This document shows positions 14,373 to 28,700 of a stretch of 64,000 nucleotides of DNA, in pieces. The notes under the pieces are model-generated. The model was not told the DNA's origin. It was given only the letters and a program-made list of their open reading frames with translations, and searched no databases. Source of the stretch: Seison nebaliae (lineage: Eukaryota); NCBI GenBank assembly GCA_023231475.1, contig JALJEE010002072.1, positions 1 through 64,000 of the forward strand, in the 5' to 3' direction. Numbering within the stretch: position 1 is the first letter of the stretch; every line of letters begins with the position of its first letter. A program made the translations under genes and the position numbers.

Positions 14373-15445
14373 TTATGACACTGAAGTAATTTGAATATTA
14401 TTCATTTTCATTAAACGTAAAATTCGATCGATCCACAAAAGTGGACTGTTTAAATGAATTTCTATCCAACAAGGCGTCGAAGTAATATTCTGTCGTTGGT
14501 AATCGGCACCCCATCCTTTAACGAAACTAATACGCACAATACAATAATGGATCAATTGGTAAATGTCATTATAAGTTTTTTTACAGTTCTCTTGAACGGT
14601 ATTACTGAATTCCTTCAGATTGAAAAGACAAAGAGAACATTTCGGAGGGATTTTGCACACCGTCCTCTCATGGAAATTGTGAATGGTATTCATTTGAATG
14701 GCTTGAACGAAAATCGGATTATCCGATAAACATTCTACATACACATTCCCTCCCACACTATAAATATAAATTCCGTTACCGATGAGATTGCGAACGGTTT
14801 CCGATTGTGCCTTCCTCTTCAAATTCGACAACTTTCCTAGAGAAAATCGATTCTTCAAATTTTCTGGATAATTATATCCATCAACAATAATTCCAAATTT
14901 CTCTCCATGAAATACCTCGCCAACTCTCTCATTCAATTCGTAGTAAGAGATGTTACACCAATATTTCGTTTCTTCGAAAGGAACTGGACATACTGTTAAT
15001 GCGAGTCTACTCATCAATTCTCCTTCGTTCTCATTCGAATTACTTCGATTTCGTCTTGGTGGTGATAAATTGAAAGGATTCATCGTTCGGTTATTCATCG
15101 ATGTCAATTGTTGATTATTACTAATTTGTTGTTCGTTGTAGAAATTGTCATTGAATTGATGATGAGCTTGTACGGGAGATGTGGAAGAGATGGGCATCAT
15201 ATCGATATCATCCTGGAAATATTTTCCATCAAGCGATTGTGGTGTGATGGTGGAGATGGAGGAGATGGAATCCATTCTCAACGTATCATTATCATCCGTA
15301 TGGTTACTACCATCGAAAAAGTTCATTGAAATGTTCATATTTGATTGTGGCTCATAAATTATGTCTTTCATATTTCCATTAAAATAATCCGTATTCTGAT
15401 CGAAGAAACCATCCAATTCTTGATAATTTATATTCTTTGGAACAA

Positions 15446-15476
<31 letters not shown>

Positions 15477-16106
15477 ATTCATTTGATCGAATGAATCATA
15501 TCCATTATTCAATTGAGAAGTTGATGAGAGACGGTTTTTCTTATTCGAAATCATTTGTAACATATTTGGAATACCATCATTCAATTCGATGTTATCATCA
15601 TTCACAATCGTATGTGTATCGACATATTGATTAAATTTAGCAACGAGAACTGGCGGCAGAATTGGAGTGGAGATTCGTTCATAATGATAAGGATTAATAC
15701 AAACGTTCGTTGCATTCCGATCCGTATGATTTATGCGACAATCATCGATCGATTTGAGTTCTTTGTGCGATTGCAAATCGGGCCATCTCCAAATGCGACA
15801 GTAGATAACTTGTGGTAGACTCTTCCGATTAGAAATTTGAAATCGACCGTCAATAGATTTCATTAATAGAATGCAATCACTTTTCTGATGAGGATGAGCG
15901 AGTGCCCATTCTAATGTCTTCAACGAATTCTTCTCATTCTTCATCTTTTTCACTAGAATTTCGATGGCCCGATGTGACCAATTATCGTCTTCGCTCACCT
16001 GTCGCCATTTCATCAAACAATCCATCAATCTCTTCGCTTCATAAATTTTCGACAACTTCTTCTTACAACTCTGCAATTTGCGAACGATCTCTTTATTCTT
16101 CGACAT
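14373..16106 (-). CDS. Receptor-regulated Smad (MH1 + MH2), most like the Mad/Smad1/5 class; intronless
   Basis: MH1: DGRFQISNRK...VIYCRIWRWPDLQSHKELK...VCINPYHY. MH2: WCNISYYELNERVGEVF...RISFVKGWGADY...TPCWIEIHL. C-terminus ITSVS. First ATG at 16106 (the ORF track starts at a TTG). Confidence 0.95.
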
Positions 16107-17007
16107 TTTCTTCAAACAAATTCTTAATGAATCTTTTTTATAAGATTCATAAGAATTTCATCTATTCCCTTCCAACAAACCAATTAATTGAAAATACATT
16201 ATTTATTTCTCTTTTCTATCCAAATGCTTTCAATTCAAATAACTTCATTCTATCTCCTTCACATACACAATCATTTCTTCCACTCTCTTATTTTATTGCC
16301 AATCAATAAAAATAATTATGTAGTAAATATCTCCATCGAACATAACCTTTACTTATGCAAGAACAAGATAATTGAACTTTCGCCTTTCGATCATTCTAAT
16401 GGACAACATCATTCATTTTATAATTTCCCATTACCGAATTCATTAGACTTCTTACGTCAAAACTCAATGTCCATGTCTCTTCTTCTTCTTTCGGACATTT
16501 CCTCTTCTTTTTTTTTCACAAAATTCCCATTGAAAATTTTTTCTTTTTCATCAAACTAATTCTATTTTCTCTATCAAATTTCTCCATTTTTCATTTGTCA
16601 TTCTTCCTCACAATTAAGTCAGTCAATTCAATCAATTTTTAAAATGACACAAAAAATATTTCACAACAATTTGAACTAATTGAAACAAATTGTATTTAAA
16701 TTATCACCTCTAAAAACATATGATTGAAAATGAATAGAAGTTCTCAGAACTTTTTTGGTTAAACTATATTTTCCTTTTTTTATTCTCGTTAAATCGAATG
16801 AAATGAAATGAAATTTCAATTCCTAGAGATGTGAATGATTAGATGAAAGATTGTCCGATTAATGATCTGTCTCATTTCGGCACAAAAACAAAATTTTCTT
16901 GTTTAATAACAAAAAATTTATTATAAATAGCTACTAGTTGTATGTATTGAATTTCAATTAGACTTCTCTCCTCTCAAACCATTAGTGGAGATGCAACGAA
17001 TTAAATG

Positions 17008-17559
17008 TTAAATTGAATGATAAAACTCATAATCGATATCATTCATGTGAAAGAAATATTTTATGAACTCTAGATAATCAACACGATTATCGTTGTTTAT
17101 ATCGACCTTTTGGAAAATGGCGGACATGTCCATGTCATTCTGACGACCCTTCAACGATTTCAGCGAACTTACCACTGATGTCACTTCTTGGCGTGAGAGA
17201 TATCCATTTTTATCCTTATCCAATTTAACTAATCCGTTTTTTAACAATTGATATCTATCCATCGATGAGAAGAAAAAAAATAATAAAAAAAATGTTAACA
17301 TCAATTTCGTTTGTTTTCGGATGACACCGCTTAATTCCCATTTACTTAGTCCATTCGTCTTCGTCTGATCAGTAGCGCGAAGTAGTTTATGTAAATGGAC
17401 ATCACTCACTTTAAAATTGTTCTCATTAAAATAGTTTTGCATCTCTTCGAAGTCAATATCAGCATCATCATTCAAATCAATGTAATGGAAATCGTTTAAC
17501 ATCGATTTAATGTATCGAACTTCTTGGAGAGTCATGTAAATTTTATCTTGTGATTCCAT
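17008..17559 (-). CDS. Four-EF-hand calmodulin-like calcium-binding protein with one 45-nt intron (17255-17299)
   Basis: Loops DLNDDADIDFEE, DQTKTNGLSKWE, DKDKNGYLSRQE and DINNDNRVDYLE. The hydrophobic LTFFLLFFFFS stretch is a GT..AG intron read through in frame. Likely ATG at 17559 (MESQDK). Confidence 0.85.
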   Translation of the reverse strand: MESQDKIYMTLQEVRYIKSMLNDFHYIDLNDDADIDFEEMQNYFNENNFKVSDVHLHKLLRATDQTKTNGLSKWELSGVIRKQTKLMLTFFLLFFFFSSMDRYQLLKNGLVKLDKDKNGYLSRQEVTSVVSSLKSLKGRQNDMDMSAIFQKVDINNDNRVDYLEFIKYFFHMNDIDYEFYHSI

Positions 17560-18291
17560 GGGGAAATTAAAGATAAGATTCTCATACACCAATGAACTTC
17601 TATTTCGAGAGGAGAATTCAATATTCTCTCTCAATTACTTTCCACTTAGAAGCAGATACTTTGAATTCCTAAATATCAAGATATTCTTCCAATATTTCCC
17701 ATTAACTTCGCGTTGTTGATAAGTCTTCAAATTTTCTCGAGTTCTCTTTGATAGACAAACACAGATGGATAATGAATATTCATCTCAAGGACCATGATAA
17801 GTTTGCGCTGAATGAGACATTTGTTGGAAGTTTAACAAATTTCGAACGTTGATGCAAATTATTCATATTTTCCATTGATTGATATTCCTATTGATATTTT
17901 CCATTATATTTCCATTGAATTTTTTGATCAATTTGAATAAACGGTAGTTCGATTGATAATGAAGTGATTATGATTATTATCAAATTCTAATTCGGATAAT
18001 CAAAGTATCATAACAATAAATTAGACGACACAAGAAGCCGTTATTCTACCATAAGAAGGAAGCATCTTATCTTTAACTTAACTTCGCCCTTAACACGAAT
18101 ATAAAGGTGTCAAACTAAATTTTATAGTGATTGTATGAAAACGTTCATTCGAATTTCTAAAAGTTTTTCTTATTGTTTGATGAATTTATAAATATTTAAA
18201 TTTTTAACAGATTTCTTAAAGAAGTGTACTTAAAGATGCATAAATAAGCGAGGTGACTTACCAAGAAATATTTACTAGGAGAGTAGTAGTA

Positions 18292-18830
18292 CAGTGAGTT
18301 TCATTAATGTTCGGACATGACAATTTACATGCATTTACCCAAAACTGATAATTTTAGTTTCATTAATGTTCGGACATTTTAGTTTAATTGGAGAAAAAGA
18401 TAGATATAAACGAACTTTATTCAATTTTAATAATCGGTCCACTTCCCTTTCCGAGTAACAACTTGAAAATAACGCCGATTCATCTACTTTACTAACAATT
18501 GTAAGTTTTCACATATTTCATTGGGAATTTCGGCCCATGCTCTTTCTAGGCTATTCCATAGATCTACAACGTCGGAATAACACCGTCCTTCTTTATATAG
18601 CCGTCGAGAAATTATTGCCCACAAATTTTCAATAGGATTAAGGTCCGGTGAGCACGCGGGATGCTCGAATAACGAAAATTCCAGTTGGATAATGCTTCCA
18701 TCGTCTTCTTACTGCGATGGATTGAAGCATTATCCTGCTGGAATATAAATGTATCTCTCTGATTTTGTATTCTGGCCACAGTTGCCTTGCTGCACGGTAA
18801 CTGTAAACTTTTCCTTCGTTCTTCGATCCA
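18292..18830 (-). mobile_element. Internally deleted Tc1/Tc3-like (DD34E) transposon remnant with one intact end
   Basis: Minus-strand translation IFQQDNASIHRSKKTMEALSNWNFSLFEHPACSPDLNPIENLWAIISRRLY has 34 residues between D and E. The end is TA|CAGTGAGTTTCATTAATGTTCGGACA at 18290-18317, with the AGTTTCATTAATGTTCGGACA repeat again at ~18357. No matching other end was found. Confidence 0.9.
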
Positions 18831-19755
18831 TTTTCGTGGAAAATTAGGCTCGTCCCAAAATTACTTGATACAAAGAAAAATTGAATTATGAGGTTCCTTT
18901 GATTATGAGGTTGAAGTAGGGATAAAAGGAATTCTATTTATAGTATTATAGTGGTGATTAATCGTAGTTAACTATATCAGAAACTTCTGTTATCACATTA
19001 GAGTGTGACAGATAAGTTTACAAAAAGAGACTTAATCACATGACTGAGTCCAAAACATCTTCCTAAATCGCATGGGATTACGGTTAATTGTCGGAAGACT
19101 TGTGAGACTTACCAATTAAGATGGTTCAGGAGCTTAACGTTGACTTGGATATTGATACAATCTGACAAGTTCCTGATGATAAGACCGTTTCATAACATTA
19201 ATTTCCCATCAGTCATTCGAGACATTGTTTCTGCGTTCTTCAGTCATTACATTTATAGTATATATTAAAAATAAAAGCAAAAATTCAAAGTTTAAAATTA
19301 GCACAACATTATAATTAAAAACTAAAGGAACATACTTCTCACATGGTATTATGGTACTATTTCTATAAAAACAATTATTAGAGTCAATACCATTTTTTCT
19401 CGATATTCTTATTCCACTATATGATTTACATGTAATATTACACAAATTGGTCGTACCAACTTTTTAAATTTCCATTATTTATTGAATAAATACTTCAATA
19501 AACAAGAAATCGATGGAGGTTGAAAAAGTATCAAATATCGATAATTCTAATTTTTCTTGATATACTTTCCCGAATAAGAACGACAATTAATGAAGGAATA
19601 AAATATAAATTATTGAATTTATTTCAACAAAAGTTAACGAATAGAATTATTTTAAAATTTTGAAGAGCAGTATATAAAGATGAAATTTTTTTTTATAGTT
19701 GATAATAAATAAGAGAAAAAATTCAGTTAATTTTTTCTCACATAATTTCTTTCGT

Positions 19756-22700
19756 TTATGATTGGAATGTTTCATATGTTTTCATTGCAGACGCAGTTCC
19801 ACTAATTCCAGGAATCATTGACGACGGTTGTTGGTTGCTAACAAATCCACGACCACGTAACGGAGCGACGAACGCATATTTTGATGGAATTCTTATTGAA
19901 CAAGAACCATCAGAACTGTCCAATGATGATTTTAGTCGTCGTAAAGTTTTCGATTGATGATGACCACCACGTTTGGGAAACATTTTTTCCCTTTGAACAA
20001 GACTTCTCATCATAAAATTATCTTGAGTATGTTGCCTCTCTGATTCTTGAGGAGGGAATGATGGTTTTGGATCATTTTCATCTTTTGGTTGAATAAATTC
20101 ATCGGCTTTTCCAATTATTTCCTTCTCATCTTTATTCTTTCCATCTGTCGTCATATCTCCATTTGTTGTTTCATCATCAACGATTTTCTCTCCATCTTTC
20201 TTCTTTGATGATTGAGTGTTTGAACGTTTCTTCTCGTCCAATAATTTCCCATTCACCATCAAATGTTCCAAATCGACATCGCTCGATGTGAATGATGATT
20301 CGGTGGTGTCTGATTCGTTCAAATCACTATTCTCTTCATCTTTCATTAATGCGATATATCTCGTCAAATCTTTCTGATGTTTCTTCTCTTCTTTCGTTCG
20401 ATTTCTATTCGGTTGTTTCGATTGCAAATGATGAATCGATGTCAATTCGGCTATCTGCCAATCGATGATCTCACTAGGAATATCTGGAAACAATTGGAAA
20501 TTCTTTTCATGTTCTTCATCGACTTCATCTCGAAATTTCGCATCATCCAATAATTCGGTGAGAATATTTCGAAATTTCTGATTGGAATGATGATGATTTG
20601 ATGGTAATTCAAATGAGTTGATGAGATCTCCTCTCAAATCCAGAATGGGTGTTAATCGATATTTTCTGATATGATCTTGATACGCATTGATACAATTTTC
20701 GATAATGATACCATTGTCCATGGTGGCGAATGTAGAAGCGATGAATTGTTGATAAAGGAAGAGAGCAATGAATAATTTAATTCTTTCCGTTTCGACTGTT
20801 GTCAATAATAAATTATACATCGGTACCGTCGACATAATATCAACGAGATTAATTCTCTGGAAATTCTTCTTTTCATCTTTTCTCTCTTTCACTTCTTCGC
20901 TCGTATGAATCGAATATTTGATATGAGAGAGAATCTTCTCTTGGAGAAGATGTTGAATTTCAATTTTGTCCATATTCGCCATATGTTTTCTTCGATTCTC
21001 TTCATCGTTCTTCGATTCATCACATGGAACTTTCATTCCATCTTCCACTTTCGAGCACTTTCTCAAATAATTTCTCATTCTCTCACTCAATTGATCGAGC
21101 AAGAATAATTTCATTAATTCCTCTAATTCCTCTTCATATCCATCCATGAGAATTGTTCGACATTTCCCAAAATAATTATAATCTAATTCAATCGATTCGT
21201 CGTCGTTCAAATGACCATGTCGCCATAATTTATAAATGATACTTCCTCTCTCCTCCTCCATTCGAATGAGACGACAATAAAATGTAAAGAGAGTTCGAAC
21301 GAATTGTTCAATATTCTCTGCATTCGAACCATCCATCTGATTTACGATTTGTCTGTACAATATCGGAACATCATCCTTCTTTACTTCTTCCAAACATTTG
21401 AACAAATAGAGCGATCTCAACGGTGAAATATAAATGAGATAATTTCGATTTTTCTCCGAATTTCCTTCCGATTCATTATAATTAACAAATATCAATTTAT
21501 CCAAAATTTCCAAATAAATCGATCGAATTGATAAATTTATTGGAGTGAAATCATTCTTGATGGAGAGGATGTGATTGAGCGATATCCTTAAAAACATGAA
21601 TAGAGTCGTGGGAGATAATTGATTATAATAAATTGATTCATTCAAATTCTCATTGTCACATACCGTCATTTCTGGTACGATGATATTCTTTATAAAATTT
21701 GAAATTAACAACATTTCATTCTCTTTTTCTCCCATTCCACTACTCTCCAATAACATTCTGATAAGAGTAGAAATTATTTTATTTTTTTTCGATCGTCTCC
21801 TCATCTCCCCATTCGTCTCTCCATTAATGAGCGATAATAATCGTAATCGAACAATTGATGAATGATGGATACATTTTATCAGATCCTCTAACAATTCATA
21901 TTCCACAATTAACGGTTCCTCATCATCCAAAATGAATTTTCGACAAAAATAAATTGATGTGATAATATTATCATCACAATTCTTTAAATTGAATAATTCC
22001 TTCAATGTGAAATCGTCAATAATATTGAACAAATGAGAATAATTGATGAAATGTTCACGATTTCCGTTCTCTTTTTTTTCTCGTTGTCTTCCCTTAAATT
22101 TCTCTTTTTCATTCATTAATTCTTTCGAATTATCTTTTGACTTAATTCGATTGAAGATATGTTGAAGGAATATTCTTAAAATGAATTCGTTGAAAATCGA
22201 CGAGATGGAGACGAAAGATCGAAGAAAAAATTGGAAAGAATTCTTCAACGAGTTTGATTGACTCTCAAATATGATGGGGAGATAATGGTCGATATGTTGC
22301 AGATATGGAATGAATAATTTCAAATCTTTCTCTTTCACTTCAATTCGCAACAAAAGATTTCCCAATAAAATTAACGATGCTTCCAAATTTATTGGATCGA
22401 AATCGAAAGTGACGAACAATTTCCTGAGAATTAAATTGATATGTTTTCTTTCTCCGAAATATCGATTATTCTCATCCTCCATCAATTCATCATTATCATT
22501 CTCCGATGTTACATAATAAAGTAGTTCGATATTCTCCAAAAATAAATTCCATACGAATGGTAATTGTTGATAAGCGACGTTTCCATCTCCGAAAATATGA
22601 AAATTGGAATGATCGACAATTATTTGGAAATCGTTCAAATTTCTCATCGTTACCAATTGATAGAGATGGAAACCGATTTCAACAAAATTTTCCACGAAAC

Positions 22701-25700
22701 ATTTTCGAATGAAATTGAAAGAATTTTTTGTTTCTATTAAATTCTTCGCGACGAATCGACGAGAAAATTGGAGATAATTCGAGAAGATATTAAGGAACAT
22801 TCTCACATCTTTCAACATTCGATCCATAAATCTTATTTCGATCATTTGACGAAATTCTTTTGTTTCCATTAAGAAACATTTCATCATTCGATCTATTAAA
22901 CGTTTAACAGTTCTCGTTAAATTATCGATGAATTCCACATTCAAATATTTAGAGGAGAAATTACATTTCACATCATTCTCCAACGACATAACTTGAAGAC
23001 ATTTTTGATAAAATACTCTCAGAATAAAATCGAATAACAACATCCATTCATTATCGATTATCAAACGATTTCTATTCAATTCTATCATCGTTTTCTTCAT
23101 TTTCAAAAAAGAGAAATTATTCTCTTGAAATAAACGAATGAGATTGGCAGATAATAAATTCTTTTCACAAATTGATTTTATATCAGCCGAATGATCAAGA
23201 AAAAATTTCCCATCGATATCGATATCGAAAATCAATCGATCGACCAATCTACAACAAATCGATTTGGATAAAGAATTTATCGATTTATAATCGTCATGAA
23301 TTTGATGAAGGAGATGATTGAATAGACAATCAGTTAATTGATGTTTCGATTTCAAATTTTTCTTTCCATTCCCAATTTCCATTTCGTCTTCATCAATTTC
23401 TTCATATTTTCCCATTAAATTATTCTCGTTTAATAATTGATTGACATCTAAATAATTCTCATCAATTCTCTCGTTTAACGGTAATAGAAGACGGAAAAGA
23501 AATTTTAATATTTCATCACTGCCATTTGAAGGTATTCCATCAACATTATCATTAGATGACGAATAAAAACTCTCTAATGTTGTGAATGTTGAGAGAATGG
23601 AGGAATCATCTAAAATGATGAGAAGAGTTTTAGAGAGATGTTTGAAAAGTCGTTTTTGTTTCATATTGAAATCTTTTGGAATTGTTCGACAATCGATCGA
23701 TCTCCATAAATGGAAAATTTTCTTCATCATTTTCATTCGACGTAACTTCTTATAAGGAATTTGATGTTTCTCTTTTTGATTCGATGTTGTTGATTGATTA
23801 TCTTCTACCATCATTCCATCACTCATCACTTCTTCCATCATTAGATCCATTCCATCTAAATTTTGAATTGATTCGATATAATTGTCTTTATTCAAAATTC
23901 TTTCCGTTTTCATATTTCTCCCTTTATTCCGATTATTCTTATCACGACCACTTAATCTAGATCGAACTGTTCGATGACGATCATTATCTCCTCGTCCTCG
24001 TTTTGGTCGATCACTTTCCCGCAAATGTTTCGATCTTTCATTCTCTCTTCGTCGTTTACCACCGGAATCATCACGAATCGAATGTTTGCGAGAATCGAAA
24101 CGATGCTCATACGATTTCTTCGAATCAGACAATTTCCTTGTTGATTTTAAATCGTTGGATAAAAACGTTGATCGATGACGTATTTTATCATCATCCTTTT
24201 GTATCATCACATCCAATTGATCATAATGATGTCTTCGTCGATTGAAATTTCGATTATTATCTAAAAATTCCAAATTATTCGTTGATGATGTTAAAATGGA
24301 TGTGGTAGTTGTCGTCGTTGGTCCATCTAAATGATTGATGAGAGGTGGCAAATCCCGAAATGTTTCCTTCTCATTTATTAATAATTCATTATCTTTCACT
24401 CGATTATCGAACGCTCTCAATGAATCATTTGTTATTACACAATTGAACGAAATCTCTTCCATCGATTTCTTCCCCGTACTCGATGATGTTGTCGATGTTG
24501 TTGTCAATCGTCGTCTTTCAATTTTATGATCTCTTGGAACTTCTCTCCAATTATTCTTTTCTTCCACTTCTTTACGATTCTCTCTACAATGATTCTTCTC
24601 ATCCAATTCTTTACGAACATCTCTTCTATTAATTTTCTCTTCAAAATCATTTCGATTATCTCTACAAAAATTCTTCTCATCCAAATCTTTCCGAACATCT
24701 CTCCTATTATGTTTCTCTTCAAGATCATTTCGAATCTCTTTTAAAATCATTCTTTCATCCAAATCCTTTCGAAATTTCGTCCAATTATTTGTTTCACATT
24801 CAACATCTTTCCGATTATCTTCCTTCACAATTCGATAATTATCATTTCGATATAAATCATTCCGATTATCTTTCTGATAAATATCTTTCTTTTCTTCCTT
24901 TCGAATTTCCATACCATTCCGATTTCGTTTTGAATGTCGCTCCAATTCTTTCTCCGTCCAATAACATTCATTCCATTCTTCTTTGTCATTCCGATATGAT
25001 TCTTTCCGATCATCCTTCTCAGATCGATATGATTCTCGACGTTGTTCATTTCGATTCTCTCTCTTTTGATTATCTTTCCGATATGAATCATTTCGTATTT
25101 CTTTCGAAAAATTTCGATAAGAATCATTTCTCTTCTTTGAATTATAATCATTTCCATCAACTCGAATCATTTGTTTTACATTATCATAATGATTCGATAT
25201 ATTTTCACATGGATATCGTTTTGATTGAGATGATTCATTATCACATGATAATTTTTGAGTACTTCTTACAGTTCTAATCGTTTCTTTCTCAATCAATCGA
25301 TTATCGATCAATTTCTTCTTTTCATTCATCTTCTTCTCATTCATCAATTTTTTCATTCGTTCACGTTTCATCATTTTCAAATTCTTCAATCTTTTCCTCT
25401 CTTCTTTCTTCTTCTTCTTATTCTCTTCCATTTTCCATTCATACATTTCAAACGTTGTTTTTATCGTTTTCATATTCTTCTCTTTCGTCATTCGAAATAA
25501 TCGACTCAATGACGTTGCCAATTTCATCGATTCCATTTTCATTCCTTTTTTCATTTCGAAAGAATTTTTCCCTTTTTGAAAATGTAAATAAATTCCTTCA
25601 ATCACTTCTTCTTCCTTCTTTTCCATCGTCTTTGTCGAAGTGATTGTCGATGACAATTTCTCACATGTCAACGGGAAATCTTCTTGAAATTGTCGACTCA

Positions 25701-28700
25701 ATTTCGATGAATTCCCAAAAAGAAATTCCTCTAAACAAATTTCTGGTAAATTATCGACTTTGAGGAATGTCTCTAATGGGAAATGTTCATCGAATATTTT
25801 ATCTTGCAAATAATCAGATAATCGATCGGAATTGGAGGAGCGAATTGCTTCGAATAAATTCTCGTCGATATCATCGATGAGGAGATCGAGTAAATTGAAA
25901 GCGATTTGTGGATCGGAATGAAATTGATCTTGTAAAATATTGGCAAATTGTTCGTTGATATAATCGAAGAGAATCTTCTTTGGAATACTCCACAATTGTA
26001 TGAGTTGATGGAAATGTTGACGGAGATGATTGACCAAATTTGGATAAGAATTTATTGAACGAACCAATTGGAGATATTGGAGTCGTTCCGTCTTCTTTCT
26101 TAAATGAAAGAAATTATAAGAGAAATTTGACAATTCTGATGGATAATTGAAGAGACGTTCATCATTCGATGATAAAAGACAAAATGGAAAGAATCGATTA
26201 TGATGGACGGTTTGTTTTCCATAAGAATTTTTCAAATAAAAAAATGAATCGAAATAAAAATCTTCGAGAATCATTTTGAGCATCTCTTCTTTCTCTTTCA
26301 ACATTTCCAATAACTGAACGAATTTCACTTCAAAATGAATTGTTTGATATAAATCGAAAAATGATTTCAATGAATTCGATCGGCCACTCTCGTCCATGGG
26401 CGAGATTTGACAATCGAAATAATTCTTATTCCATTCCAAACATAGTGATGTGGTATCGATATAAACTGAATGACAATGCGGAAGGAAGAACGAATACGAT
26501 TTCCTGATAAATAGAGAGGTAAATTGATGAATTTCTTTCAAATGTTTCAATTCGATTAGAAATCGAACAGGAATTTTTTCCTTCAATTCCATGAGAAATC
26601 CGACGAAAAACAACACGAATTCTTTCAAATTTCCCATCAAAGTTTTGTGATGATTTAACTCTGGAAATTTTTCTAATCTCTTTAAAAAATTGGTGGCATA
26701 TATGAGAATTGAGAAGTCGTTGATTAATTCGATAATAAGTCGAGAATTGTCGAAAGGAAATTTATTGAGAATTCTCGATGATAATTTGGAATGAATTGCC
26801 AATTTCTCATTGATCAATTGATGAGATGAATCGATTTGTTCTCTTAACGAATTCTCATTTACTTCTCCCGTTTCCAATAAATTGTAGGAATTTGAATATG
26901 AGATTAAACTTCGAATTTTATTAGTGAGAAGAAATAACAATTGTTGCCATTCTCTCATTAGTTGAATGAGATGAATGGAATTAATAAATTTGATGGAGGA
27001 GTTGTGAATAATATGAAATTGATTGAAATGATTTCTCGCAATAAATCTCATAAGTAATCGATTATATTTGAATTTCTTTCCTGATAATTTATTGGATAAA
27101 TAAAAGAATCGTTTCCTGACGACGGAATGACTCAGAAATAATTGATGGAGAATCTCGTTCATAACGACAAGTGAACGAGAAGAATAATTCAATTGAATCA
27201 TCAAAATGAACATTCGATTGGGCAGAAGATATTGATGAGATAAAACTATTGACAAATATTTCCATTCTCTTAAAAGTGACAAGAGAATTGTGGAGAAGAT
27301 GTCATGCAATTTCAATGATTGTAAATCAGTCAATCCAATGACAGTGCCACCTGATGGGAAAAGTGTGAAATAAATGAGATTCTTAAAGAATTCCTCAAAT
27401 ATATTTTTTGAAGATAATCGAAGAAATAATCGATGTAATGTCAAAAGTTGAGAAGATTTCATTTGATTGTTTGGATGATTATTTAACGATTTATCATCAT
27501 CCGAAAGAAGTGACATCATAAATTGTTGACGAAAAACTTTCTGTCGGAAACATCTCTGTAAGTTCTCCACTTTCCCAATAAGATGAGTAGACGTGTTGGA
27601 GGGAGTGAGAAGATGATTGAGAGAATTGATGATAATACGAATTTGATGAACACGTTTCATTTCCCAATGAGTGAAGAAATGAAGTGAACAATTGAAATTG
27701 TTTCTATAATTCAATTTGATTAATGAATTCTCATTCTTCAACAACTTCACCATTGGTAATGAGAATGGAGTCATTTCTAATTCATTTTTCATCATTTGTT
27801 GATCTTCTTCTTTTTTCTCCAATGATAATGATGGTTGATAAACCATCTTTAATTGACTCATTCCACTATCATTATCTAATCGATCAATCGTCACAAGATA
27901 ATTGATGAGATGACGGATATTCATCTCTAATCGATGATCCAATCCGAACACTTTCGACAACGTTAAAGGTTCAATGTAGAAATTTTGAGAAACCATCTCA
28001 CCGGTATCCGTATTATATTGTTGAGGTGACTTCATCATAATTTCATCTTTCTCCGTTCCTCCTCCTCCTCCTCCTCCTCCTCCTGTTTCCAATAAATGAA
28101 GATGTTGATGAGGAAATGAATTATTTCTAGTCATCGCTGACGATGTGGCTGATATCATAAATTGATGATGCTGATGATCAGAATAATGTGGATGTGGTCC
28201 CATATAATTGGCATGTTGAAATTCTTCTTTGGGATAGTAGGAAGTTTTTGAATCTTTTCCCGTCATCGAATATTTCATTTGCTGATTCATTATCTCTCCA
28301 TTGGAAAGAAGTGTCGCTGATTGTTCGGACATATGTGGAGGGAAATGTGTGGAAGATCGTGGTGGTGATCGAACATTCTCCGAATGTACCTTTTCTCCAT
28401 AGACATCAGGAGGTATTAATGTCGGATTAATTCCGGAAGAGGCATACGCTTGAGGAGGAACCATGAAATTTCGAGGCATTCCTGATGGTATTCCTGATGG
28501 TATACCGGTGGAATGATGAATGAACGGATCATTATTTCGCTCACTTGTTGAACTGGATTCCGATCGATATGTCGATGAATGTGACGATGATGATGACACC
28601 GTTGATGATGAGCGTCCACTCGATTCATCGTCTGAATCATTATCATATGATCGATCTCCGTTTGATGATGATGAATGTGAAGAAAATGATGAACCAGATG

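Noticed and set aside
17255..17299. Apparent transmembrane segment in the EF-hand ORF
   Set aside because: It is a 45-nt T-rich GT..AG intron that happens to be stop-free and in frame.
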